Notes: generated from the sequence alone by a model not told the origin. Counted from the first letter of the whole stretch, positions 11,830-23,746 are shown. The stretch: DNA of 62,793 nucleotides, filler included, from Basidiobolus ranarum (GCA_040143965.1; 48 parts of 48 records of this genome joined end to end with filler, not necessarily neighbours in it), one strand, 5' to 3'. A program made the numbers and translations.

Positions 11830-13042
11830 CTTTAATATCATTTCTCCATCTCACCACCCACTCATCCTTGGTATCTCGTGGCTCATGTGGCACAGACCAG
11901 TAATTAAATGGTAGAAGATGATTATCACATTCAAGCAAACTCCGCCTCATAGTCCATGTTTGCCAACCTGCAAAGTATCCAACTCATCATCAGCCCAACT
12001 GCTAAAAACATCTATGAAGCCAATATCTGTCGACAGTATTGCTCAAGAGCTGAAACCAACAAAACCTATGGTTTATAAGCTCCCACCTAAATACCAAGCC
12101 TTTGCTGATGTCTTTGACAAGAAGAAATCTGATATACTCCCAGCTCACTGTCCATATGATTGCCCTGTAGATCTACAAGAAGGAAAACAACCACCATTTG
12201 GGCCTATATATGGGCTGACCCAGCCAGAAATCAACATTCTGAAAGAGTGCATTACAGAAAATCTGAAGAAAGGATTTATCCAGCATTTGAAGTCCCCAGC
12301 AGGCTCTCCAATCTTATTTGTTAAGAAAGAGGATTGATCCCTCCATCTGTGTGTTGATTATTGAGGCCTAAATAGCATTACAGTCAAAAATAGGTATCCC
12401 ATGCCATTAATCAACTCACTTTTGGATTTGCTTGCTTCAGCCAAGGTGTTTACAAAGATTGATCCAAGAGGTGCTTACAATCTTGTAAGAATCAAGCCAG
12501 GAGACCAATGGAAAACAGCCTCTCAAACTTGCTATGGACACTTTAAATACAATGTCATGCCATTTGGACTTACCAATGCACCTGCAGTCTTTCAACACAT
12601 GATGAATTATATCTTCAGAGAGTATCTTGACCAATTTGTGGCAATCTACCTTGACAATATCTTGGTCTCCTCAAGCTCTCCAGAAGAACAGAATATTCAA
12701 GTTTTCCAAGTCCTAGAAAAGTTGAAAACTTCTGGGCTCTATAATAAACTTGAGAAATGTGAATTTGATCAAGCTCAAGTGGAATTCCTTGGATATAACA
12801 TCAGTCCATCAGGCATCCCCATGGACCCTAAGAAGGTTGAATCTGTTCTGTCTTGGGATATTTCAAAGAATGTGAAGGATGTCCAATCTTTTCTTGGATT
12901 TGTAAACTTTTGCCAACGTTTTGTCAAGAACTACTCCAAAATATCTGTTCCCTTAACAAACCTCACAAAGAAAGAACTCCCATTTGACTGGAACCCATCT
13001 TGCCAACAAGCATTTGTAACTTTAAAAGGTGCTTTCACCTCA
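11830..13042 (+). mobile_element. Ty3/Gypsy RT fragment (same family as 6575-7788)
   Basis: PPFGPIY, SPAGSPILFVKK, MPFGLTNAPA, YLDNIL, KCEF, FLGY, VQSFLGF. Confidence 0.93.
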
Positions 13043-13142
13043 NNNNNNNNNNNNNNNNNNNNNNNNNNNNNNNNNNNNNNNNNNNNTTAATTAATTAANN
13101 NNNNNNNNNNNNNNNNNNNNNNNNNNNNNNNNNNNNNNNNNN

Positions 13143-14355
13143 GTATTTGGGAGCCTGTTGGAAGTGGTTTGGAGAATTAGAGGAATTGGTGGTTTTCACT
13201 TATTGATTTATTGAGTAGACAGTTGACATTTATAGTTTTGTCAAGATGTAAACTGACTAATGTGTAGAATGTGTTGAGGAAGGTCCTAGGAACATGTGTG
13301 AAAAGTTTGGGGCTTCTAGCACAAGTTTGAAAAATCTATATATCTGGGTACTTCTAAGTTGGTAAAAATATTCTAAGTAAATTCCAATGGGGAATAATAG
13401 ATAATATCTTAGTGAATTATAAGATAGCTAAGTACTAAGTTCTACATGACTATATAGGGGCTTAGGCAATGCTAGCTTCAATACTCTCCCTCAACTAAAT
13501 AGTCATATAAACTAATCCTAATAAAGGTCTAAATTTCTTAAATTTCTGTCTAGCTAATGGTTTGGTTGATATATCAGCAATCATGTCTTCTGTAGAACAA
13601 TAAGATAAGTCAACAAACTTGTTCTCTATAGTCTCTCTAATGAAGTGATGCTTAATATCTATATGTTTGCTTCTATTATGAAATAAGGGATTTTTTGCTA
13701 ATTTGATAGAAATTTGATTATCTTGAAATATTGTAGTTGTTGAGTTTTGAGAATAACCCAAATCTGTTAAGAGTTTTCTTAACCATATTGCTTCTTTTAT
13801 AGCTTCACAGGCAGCCATGTATTCAGCTTCTGTTTTTGAAAGTGCTATGGTAGGTTGTTTCTTTGAATTCCAAGAAATAGCTCCATTACAGCAAAGAAAT
13901 GACTATCCTGTTGTAAATCTCCTGTCTTCAATATCTCTTCCCCAATTTGCATCTGAATATCCCATCAGATTGAAGTTTGATCCAGAATATATGTACTTTA
14001 AGCATAGATCCACAGTACCTTTCAAATATCTGAAAATCCACTTAACTGCTATGATTTGATCCAATCTATAATTTTGCAGATATTGGGACATAACTCCTGC
14101 AGAATATGCAATATCTGGCCATATTACAACCATGATATACATCAAACTAACAACTATAGATTGATTAGGAAATTTCTGGCTTTCATTTAAATCCAAAAAT
14201 ATATGATTTGAGCCATTTTTGTTCAAGTTATGATTTGTCTCCATTGGGGTAGATACTGGATTACATTCTTCCATTTTAAACTTCTTTAGTATATCTAGGA
14301 TATACTTAGACTGGTTTAAAGTTATTGTTTTGGTAGTTCTATCTATCTTAATTTG
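13143..14355 (-). mobile_element. Ty1/Copia RT/RNase H, PPT and family-A LTR (13143-13483)
   Basis: Near-identical to 3946-5129 on the opposite strand. Confidence 0.92.
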
Positions 14356-14455
14356 NNNNNNNNNNNNNNNNNNNNNNNNNNNNNNNNNNNNNNNNNNNNT
14401 TAATTAATTAANNNNNNNNNNNNNNNNNNNNNNNNNNNNNNNNNNNNNNNNNNNN

Positions 14456-15668
14456 GCATGCCAAATTTGAGGATCAATATTTTAACATGTATGAATACCG
14501 CCAAGATACCGTCAAGAAACCGCCGCCACACCATCAAAATCCCTGGCAGAATGCAAGCCAACAATAATGTGAAGGTTCTCTGATGGTTTTGCTATCAAGG
14601 AGGGTGGATCCGATCCGGATGAAATCGATTTTATTTTTGTTAGGGATAAGTATCTCTATAATTTGGACTAATTTGTTTTGGTGAAAATCTGATGGTATTT
14701 TTGGGAAAGCAGCAAGACAGACTTCTTGGTGAGATAGATCAAGATATACAGTATCATTGTTTTAGCCATGCAGTAATCTATTCAAGCAATGACATATCTA
14801 CTTGTGGCAGGACATTTGTTGACTGCAAGTCAGGGATATATTGACTGAATTCTTTATGGAAATTTGCCAAAATCCAAGAGCTTATTCTCATTGTGAAAAA
14901 TAACAAGAGTCAGTTATATGCCAAGTGTCAGTGCTGCTCACAATTTCAGATGTTTAGCAATTTTTCCACCATTAGTTTGCTGGTAAAGCATATTGATGTT
15001 GTTGAGTAATGTCTAATCATTCAATTATGTGCATATGTAGAGACTAAACACAATAAGATTCTTGTATTTTTTGATTCTCATTATGGCTGGAATACAAAGC
15101 CTAAAATATCTAAATAAAGGCATGCATATTAATTCGAATTCCAACAGCAGTAAACCCAGTAATATGCCATTTGAAAATTATATTTTTGCAAAAATTGCTG
15201 GTTATTGAATAACGCATGCCAAATTTGAGGATCAATATTTTAACCTGTATGAATACTGTTAAGATACCATCAAGAAACCGCCGTCACACCATCAAAATCC
15301 CTTGCAGAATGCAAGCCAGCAATATTGTGACGGTTCTCTGACGGTTTTGCTATTTCAGTGGGTGGATCCGATCCGGATCAAATCGATTTTATTTTTGTTA
15401 GGGTATTTAAAATACCACCCTTATGTGGGAGGTGTTCTTTTCTCTACAATATCCTTCTCATGCCGCAACACAAACATTTAAAGAAGCCCTGCTATTATTA
15501 TTGCAAATTCTTGTGCTATGAAAGCCAGAGGCTTCATAGAAAAAATAATCACAAGCACAGTCACTGTACAAAGCCACCAGCTCCACAAAGCCTGGTGTAT
15601 AACAACAGTAATAAGTGCACTAAATCAACTTTAGTTTTGCCTATTGCGTCCACTGACGGTATTTTGCC
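14456..15668 (+). mobile_element. Three nested CMC pieces: right end to 14645; transposase C-terminus plus right end to 15403; putative transposase N-terminus from ATG 15460
   Basis: Two TTTTTGTTAGGG termini; intervening sequence matches 50520-51037; 15404-15668 matches 57160-57420. Confidence 0.85.
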
Positions 15669-15768
15669 NNNNNNNNNNNNNNNNNNNNNNNNNNNNNNNN
15701 NNNNNNNNNNNNTTAATTAATTAANNNNNNNNNNNNNNNNNNNNNNNNNNNNNNNNNNNNNNNNNNNN

Positions 15769-16910
15769 GGCAGTAAAGCCAGAATCCTCCATCCTGAATT
15801 CACTTCCAGCCTATACCCAGTGCCCAATGGTGTGGTGCAAGGTTCAGTGCTAGGTCCTCTGCTTTTTGTGATATTTCTCAATGATTTTCCTCAGCTGTCC
15901 CCTGGATCCCTGCTTACTTTGTTTGCTGATGATATCAGAGTTTCTACTTCTCAGCCTCAGCTGGATACTGCTACTATTGAGAGATACCTTTCAGAAAATA
16001 ACTTGGAGCTTTCTATTACCAAAACAATTCTAATTGGTTGCACCATTTCCTTGTATGATACTCAGCTTCTTCCTATGAACAATGCAACATATCTAGGTTT
16101 TACATTTACTTAAACTGACATTGATGTAAAGAAACACCTGTCAGTTAGAATTGCCTTGGCCAAACAGGCTGTTCACAAGTTGCTTGCTGTTACACCCCCT
16201 AATACATCTTATCATGGCTGTCAAAGACTTCTCAAGCAGTTTGTGATACCAGTTCTGGAATATGGAGTACATCTACTCCCACTCAACCAAAGAGACTACT
16301 CTAAGCTTGATAGATTCATCAGCTACTGCCTCAGGCTGCTGATGCCTGACTTGCCTGAGACTCCCTATGATCATGCTCTGAATGGAACTTTTGGATTCTT
16401 CCCATATCATATTAGAGTAGTTTTACTCAGGGCAAGATTTCTACTCCAACTAAATGACTGCAGAAATCCACTGATTAAGAAGTGGCTAGCCACACCTTCT
16501 TCAAATGCACTATCATGCTGGAAATTGATACAAGATGATCCTTTGGTTTCTGAGTTAGCTTTACAGCTGCATGAAACAAAACAGCCTAAAATTGTTGCTA
16601 TAGACTTCCAGCTAGACCTTTGGTAGCAATACCTTGCCTCTAAGACACCTTTCTTAATTCCCAATATTCCAGGTTTTTGTCCTATTGTACATCTGGTTTG
16701 TACAGAGTACCTTTCTTTCTGCTTACCACCTTTGCCCCTTAACACTATATTTACGTCCTCTGAACTTGATTACATTGGTCATCAGGTTAAGTATGGATTT
16801 GCTCCATTATTGTCACAATATCTTAAAAGATTGATATCTTGATTGTCACTTTGTTTAGATTGGTATTTAAGCTAAATAAAGTCCACACCATCTGGTGCTT
16901 TTCATCCCCC
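15769..16910 (+). mobile_element. Non-LTR (LINE) retrotransposon 3' half: RT, thumb/C-terminus (stop 16840-16842) and a short structured 3' UTR
   Basis: GVVQGSVLGPLLF, LFADD, TYLGF, PVLEYG in one frame with two premature stops (16111, 16624). Confidence 0.9.
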
Positions 16911-17081
16911 CTTAGTGAAATCCTTCCATGAGAGGCTTCCATGCTTTTGCAATAGTCAATTTGGCTTCCTTCCTAAGCTCTNNNNNNNNNNNNNNNNNNN
17001 NNNNNNNNNNNNNNNNNNNNNNNNNTTAATTAATTAANNNNNNNNNNNNNNNNNNNNNNNNNNNNNNNNNNNNNNNNNNNN

Positions 17082-17399
17082 TTAGTAATCCATGGAATTT
17101 TCCGGAAGGTTATATTATAATCCAGAGTCATGGAATGTTCTGGCAAAATCAAGTTTTGATTAGTCAAAACTCAATCAATCATCAAATATTCCAAGAATCT
17201 TGTGGAATGTTCCAGAAGATTGTAGAATTTTCCAGAAAATAATAGGGCTAATGTGGGTTAATATAGATAAATCAAAATAATAGGGGATAATACTAATGGT
17301 GTGATATGATTGGCTAGAAAATATGGGTAAGTCAGATATGGATAATAAAATAGAAATTGTGTAATAGTAATGATATGAGCTTGGGGTGGAAATAAGTCA
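17082..17399 (-). repeat. Putative LTR U3 region with heat-shock-element arrays
   Basis: Starts TG on the minus strand at the gag junction; nGAAn/nTTCn arrays at 17094-17108 and 17194-17238; TATA-like sequence near 17110-17120. Confidence 0.55.
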
Positions 17400-17968
17400 A
17401 CCTGCCAGTGGGTAGCAATGCTGCCCCACTACATTGGTTGGATTCTGATATGCATAAATCTTCATCCAGAGGTCTGCCATATATATAACTTAAGGTTAAG
17501 TTTGTAGTTCCTGATTCTAGAGCCATTACTAGGCTCTGAAACTTGTGTGGCAGGTTATTCAGGACTGTAACTATGATGTCTTGATCAGTAGTAGGTACTC
17601 CAATGCATTCCATTTAAGCCACTAAAATAGTGACTCTATTAATTAGTAATTTAATATTTTATCCTGGCTACATCTTTAAGTTAAGGAATTGTTTTCTTAG
17701 AGACATCTTTTTGGCAGCAGAACCTGTTTTTTAGGTGTCCTCCAAGGCTTTCCATACCTTCTTGGCAGTTTTAGCTCTTGAATATTGATTTAGCAATTTG
17801 TCTTTAACATTAAGACAAATTGTTTTAAAGGTACCTTGTTCTTTTTGAACCCAAAGTAAAGCTTTGGTTTCAGATAGCTGTGCACTGTTTTCTTCTCCTA
17901 CAATAGTGTCCCAAAGTCATTTTTCTTGCATCAGCATCTTCACTACAATTTTCTAAATTTGATAATTG
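17400..17968 (-). mobile_element. Ty1/Copia gag fragment
   Basis: Homologous to 8365-8740 (IGVPTTDQDIIVTVLNNLP). Confidence 0.85.
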
Positions 17969-18294
17969 CCGTAACAAAAATAAAATCAATATGATCCAGA
18001 TCAAATCCACCCTCTAAAATAGCAAAACCATCAGAGAACCGTCACAAAATTTGTGGCTTGCATTCTGCCAGGGATTTTGATTGTGTGATGGTGGTCTCTT
18101 GATGGTATTTTGATGGTATTCATGTTTGTTGAAATATTGATCCTCAAATTTGGCATGTGTTAAACAATATCTGGCAATTTTTGCAAAAATCTAATTTTCA
18201 AATGGCAAATTACTGGGTTTACTGCTGTAGGAATTTGAATTAATGTGCATGCCTTTATTTAGATATTTTAGGCTTTGTATTCCAGCCATAATGA
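17969..18294 (-). mobile_element. CMC element right terminus
   Basis: CCGTAACAAAAATAAAATC plus the conserved subterminal block. Confidence 0.87.
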
Positions 18295-19707
18295 NNNNNN
18301 NNNNNNNNNNNNNNNNNNNNNNNNNNNNNNNNNNNNNNTTAATTAATTAANNNNNNNNNNNNNNNNNNNNNNNNNNNNNNNNNNNNNNNNNNNNAAACTT
18401 AGGAAATTTCAACTCTCTGCCAGCATTTTGAACAAGTGCACTCCATAGAGTGATGGCAATTTGACTAGACAGTCTTTCTTGCGATTTGTAGAAGGATTCT
18501 CAGTTATGATTAAAATGGCATTGCCTATGAATGGACTGGTGATTTAAGCGGTATTTCAATATCACCTTTCAGTTGTGCAATGAAAGATACCAAAGGGTAT
18601 GCATTGCTCTTTAATCCAGCCATGAGTGGTTTTTTTACTCTAAACTAAATTATGCTTGTGATGTATATACTATTGAGCCTTGAGAGTTTGAAGGATGACA
18701 CTACTCTATGTGAAATATCCACAGGGCGGTAATTTATCTCCAAAAATACTGTTTTTGTACATGAAATACACAAGTTCATTTTCCCCCAACAAGTTATTTG
18801 GTATATCCACCTCAAGATATATAACTTTATGCCCACTGAAGCAATCAATCCACAATCAAAGGGAAACTTAGATTAAGAGAATGAGAACTTATGGGGTCTT
18901 TGACAGCACAGACCAGTATCACACAAGGTATAGATACTCTCTAAGTAACTCCAAATTCCCAGAGAATTGAATGTAGCATGATAACAGCTGGGTTCCCTGG
19001 GGCAAATAATTTGCAATAATTCCTTGTAGCAAGCACAGGTAACAACTTGATGTTGGAGTTGTATTTTGCTGGCTCTTACCATAACTTTGGGAATGGCTTG
19101 GAATTAATTTTATAGAAGGTGTCAGCATTCTTAATTAAAGAAAACCTGGTAAAAAACAATTCAGGTACTCATTATCTATGGTTTGCCACAATGGCCACTG
19201 TTTTGGACTCAAACAACAGTAGTAACTGATATTGATCTTATGCCTGTTCATACCATCTAAATTGTGAATCCAAGGAAAACTTTTGTTACCACTGTTAATA
19301 ATGACATGCCAAGAACCAAAATATTACTACTATTCAGGCTGTATAAAGTAGCAATAGTATTTTTGCCAAGCTCTGTAAGCTCATATATATTTACTTCAAG
19401 GATTCTTCAGTCATAGTAGTATGCTTATAGCTAGCATCAGATTGAGATTTTGACTTGAATCCATGCTTCTGAGGAGACTGTAGCCTGAATCCAGTTTTTA
19501 GACTACTTCACCATCTTTTTACTGTAGAATACTTGATAGATCATGAGAAGCAGTTCTTGAAGGCTACACTTCTGGGCACCCATTCTAGGATTCATTGGTT
19601 AGATATANNNNNNNNNNNNNNNNNNNNNNNNNNNNNNNNNNNNNNNNNNNNTTAATTAATTAANNNNNNNNNNNNNNNNNNNNNNNNNNNNNNNNNNNNN
19701 NNNNNNN

Positions 19708-19776
19708 GATCAGGAAGAAGTTCCAACCGATGGTAACCGGGTAGTAGAACTTCTGAGAGGTGGTCCAGTTATCCAT
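19708..19776 (-). CDS. 5' end (23 codons) of an unknown, possibly membrane protein, MDNWTTSQKFYYPVTIGWNFFLI; paralog 1
   Basis: ATG at 19776, open to the contig edge; same peptide as 20852-20920 with 5 synonymous differences. Confidence 0.75.
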
Positions 19777-20851
19777 TGATTACAAAGTTGAGAAAATAGA
19801 GGACTACTACTAAACTGGTTTGTTTGAATAACTGTCCTCGCCATCGAAAATGATTTTATAGTAAACTGATCGAAGCCTATTCATATGTACGAATGCTTTA
19901 ATACTACCAACGTATAATGATGTTAATACATGTAAGCATATACGGTCATTACTTATTTGGTCATGCGGGGTTGAAAGCTGGATTACTTGTACGTTGTAAG
20001 CACATGCGTCTAAATGCACTTTGCTTTAATTAGGTGTCCGCATATTTAGTGGTTCATCTGAATGTATCTCTTACATGTACCGTTATTCACATAAATTTCA
20101 TTCCAAACCTCAGTAGTATGCATCTCACTGATACCGTTCCTTGGATTTACTTCAGTAAGTATGAAGCTACATTAGGCAAATAAAAGTGCCAAAGAAGAGA
20201 AATAAATCATCAGGTTTAACTACAATTATTCAATCGGTGTTTCATTTTGTAGATTCTAATTAGTTGATCTCATAAAGAGTATTAGCAGCACTAATTAAAC
20301 TTACACTCGGGTTTCCACTTTACTGTTACTAATATTTCACTAGCCAAAAGCAGTGTAAAACTGAGTACCTTGCTTTGTACGTACAGAAACCGGAATGTAG
20401 GGTCAACACACTTAGCTCTACCGTATATTCGAACTTTGTTGCAGTGGTGCATAAAAATGTGGAGTAAGTGCTTAATTCATCCGAAAATGGGTGATTCTAA
20501 CCCCCAATCTCATAAGGGTTATAAAGGTTTGAGTAGGTGAAGTAATACGCACAGACTGACATCAAGGAGGAACGATTATATCAAACCAAAAAACAATGTG
20601 GAGTTCAATATTCATTTATCAACTTAAAACCGTTAGCGCTAAATATGAGCAAAATTTCAGACCACTTCGGGGGTTAGTGTGCAGTAATTGAGTTTCTCCT
20701 GCAGTATGGGATGGATGCTTATCTGGATGGGTATATAACAGAGTTCGATGGTTGAGAATTGACCACAAACCAATTAATTAACTTACTTTGACATTAGAAC
20801 AGTATCTGGACTTCAACAAACCCCACCAACTAGTGGATAAACAATAATCAA

Positions 20852-20920
20852 ATGGATAACTGGACCACCTCTCAGAAGTTCTACTACCCAGTGACCATTG
20901 GTTGGAACTTTTTCCTGATT
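20852..20920 (+). CDS. 5' end (23 codons) of the same unknown protein; paralog 2
   Basis: ATG at 20852, open to the contig edge; identity with paralog 1 stops just upstream of the ATG. Confidence 0.75.
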
Positions 20921-21020
20921 NNNNNNNNNNNNNNNNNNNNNNNNNNNNNNNNNNNNNNNNNNNNTTAATTAATTAANNNNNNNNNNNNNNNNNNNNNNNN
21001 NNNNNNNNNNNNNNNNNNNN

Positions 21021-22232
21021 TACTGATAATGGAGGCAAATATACCTCAAAACTCTTCTCTAACTTCTGCTCAACACATGGGATAAAACAGCAGACTACAG
21101 TGCCATATTCTCCACAGCAGAATGGAGTAGCCAAATGTGCAAACAGATCAATAATGGAAAAGGCAAGAGCAATGCTTCATGACAAAGATTTACCAGAACA
21201 GTTCTGGGCTGAATTGGTTGCAACTGCAGTATATATTAGAAATAGATGTCCTTCTAGGTCTGTATCAGCTATGACATCTTATCAAGCTTGGTTTGGAAGT
21301 AATCCTGATGAGGCTGATCTCAGAGCTTTAGGAAGTACTGCATATGCAATTATTCCAGACCAGAAGAGATCAAAATTAGACCAAAAAAGCCAGAAATGTC
21401 TTTTTTTGGGATATTGTGATGGAACAAAAGGGCACAGGCTATATGACACTGAAAATAAGATGCTAATCAAGGCAAGAGTTGAGGAATTTGCTGAAGAAGA
21501 AAAGTTTTCTATCAAAACAATCCAGGATCAAGTAAAACAACTGCAAGTTGATGCAAATTCTTCTTTTTCTCAGCAGATCCTGATTAGTGAGAAAAACATT
21601 GAAAATTCCTCACCTGCAGTCTCCTTAACCAAGCCTGAGGTGGTTTCATTGCCTAAATTAGTACCAGAAGTTTAGTGCCAATTTCCCATCTTAGGAGATC
21701 CAATTGGATGAGATCTCCACCTGATTACTACTCTAACACTAACAAGAAGAAGCCTAGTGCTAATTTAGCCTTTTCTGATGAGCCCAAATCAGTACAGGAG
21801 ACTATGGAGAGTCCCAGCACAAAGTTTTGGAGTGATGCAATGGCAGAGTAGTATCAGTCACTAATAGATAACCAAACTTGGACTTTAGTTAAGTTACCAG
21901 ATGACCAAAAATCAAATGGATGCAAATGGTGGTTTAAAGTTAAAGAGCAAGCTGATAATTCTGTAGAGAGATATAAAGCCAGACTTGTGGCTAAAGGATA
22001 CTCTCAAATGGAAGCAGTGGACTACAATGAAACATTTCCTCCTGTAGCAAAGTTTAATTGCATCAGAACCATACTAGCAGTAGCAGCAAAACACAGCTTG
22101 AAAATCCATCAAATGGATGTAAAAACTGCTTTTTTGAATGGGGACTTGGAAGAGGATATATTCATGGATCAACCAGATGGTTTTGTGGATCCTGAGCACC
22201 CTGAGGACATGTGTAAGCTACAAAAATCACTG
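21021..22232 (+). mobile_element. Ty1/Copia integrase to RT fragment
   Basis: [50 protein letters not shown]. Confidence 0.93.
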
Positions 22233-22332
22233 NNNNNNNNNNNNNNNNNNNNNNNNNNNNNNNNNNNNNNNNNNNNTTAATTAATTAANNNNNNNNNNNN
22301 NNNNNNNNNNNNNNNNNNNNNNNNNNNNNNNN

Positions 22333-22640
22333 AATTAGTCAATATAAAGATGATAGATGACTAATTATGATAAAAGAGAATATGATTGGATAGATAGATA
22401 GATAAGTGAGTCATGTATCAGCTGAAGTCTTGACAGTGAAAGATTGTTGGTTATGATTCTTGTGACTTAAATTGACTTGTGTCTTTATAGATGACTCTGA
22501 GGTTAATACTGATTGGATGATGATCATATCATAGATCATATGATATGATAGAACAGATAAGAGAATAGATTGTTAGTCATGTGATAATTCACATGATAGA
22601 GTCATTGGATAAGGTCAGGTGACTAGTTGGCAATGATAAT
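22333..22640. repeat. LTR-like repeat fragment (homolog 34906-35227)
   Basis: GATAGATAAGTGAGTCATG...GGTGACTAGTT shared between the two contigs. Confidence 0.7.
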
Positions 22641-22822
22641 GGACTTGTTCTTGGTGATAGTGCCAGATTGTGCTGTATATATTGTATTGGATAAAGTATT
22701 CTAAAATTTATGTGGCACAATTTGGCACTATCCATCACCCTCTGGCATGATCAATTTCAATCACATTTACTCTAATATATTGATACAAGGTCCAATAAAT
22801 CCTGGCACAATGGAACAAGTCC
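22641..22822. mobile_element. 182-bp MITE, second copy
   Basis: GGACTTGTTC...GAACAAGTCC; colinear with 927-1108. Confidence 0.9.
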
Positions 22823-22986
22823 ATAATTTACATCCAACTGCAATAGCAAAGCCAAGATTATGTTGGTGTAATATTAGGCCCCATATAGCTATTTGTGTTA
22901 ATGGTGACTTTGATTGCCTATTTTTTATATTTCTGATACGAATGATAGACACTTGGCAAACAGAAAAACCTTTATTTTAGAAATCC

Positions 22987-23430
22987 TTAGGGAAGAAATT
23001 CTTCGGGTGAGATACTTCCGGGGGTCTTCCCAGACATTTTCCTAAAGTCGATGGAATAAGTGTTGTCCTTGGAGGTAACGCGCTGGTATCTTAGGCCATC
23101 CAGATTTCCTGCTTCTCGAAGCTTCTCCCAGTCCGCCCCATTGATTCGGATCCATGTACTAGCTCCACAGCAATTATATTTGTAGTCACGGGTGATTACT
23201 CCAGAGGAAAAGGTAATCAAGGCGCATTCTTGTTCATAGATGGCATTTAGAACAGTGGCGGCACCAGCATTAACTGTCTTTATACAATCAGGTGCATATG
23301 CCTTGCGAGGGTCCTGAGTCTCAGCTGGCTCCAAGAATTCGACAGGATTCTGCACCTTCAGAATCTGCTGATTACTGATTAAAGATGCAGCTGAGGCGAG
23401 TGAGGCAAAGAGAAGGATGATAGACTTCAT
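22987..23430 (-). CDS. Small secreted protein, 147 aa, 4 Cys, function unknown
   Basis: Intact intronless ORF, signal peptide MKSIILLFASLASA, CpG retained unlike the flanking TEs, TATTTAA upstream. Confidence 0.85.
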   Translation of the reverse strand: MKSIILLFASLASAASLISNQQILKVQNPVEFLEPAETQDPRKAYAPDCIKTVNAGAATVLNAIYEQECALITFSSGVITRDYKYNCCGASTWIRINGADWEKLREAGNLDGLRYQRVTSKDNTYSIDFRKMSGKTPGSISPEEFLP

Positions 23431-23746
23431 TGTTGATAGATAAGAAGATTTTCGAGCACGCTTAAATAGATGCTCGCAGTATGAATGTTATCCAGATGTG
23501 CGAATGATGTCTCCTAGTCATGTGTAGACATTGTATCATAGATANNNNNNNNNNNNNNNNNNNNNNNNNNNNNNNNNNNNNNNNNNNNTTAATTAATTAA
23601 NNNNNNNNNNNNNNNNNNNNNNNNNNNNNNNNNNNNNNNNNNNNCTATAAATAGGACATATTCAATTCAATAAAACTTAAGTGTCCAATTCACAAATCCA
23701 AATCTTGTCCAAAACACTTCCAAATCCCCTAAACACTTTTATCAAT

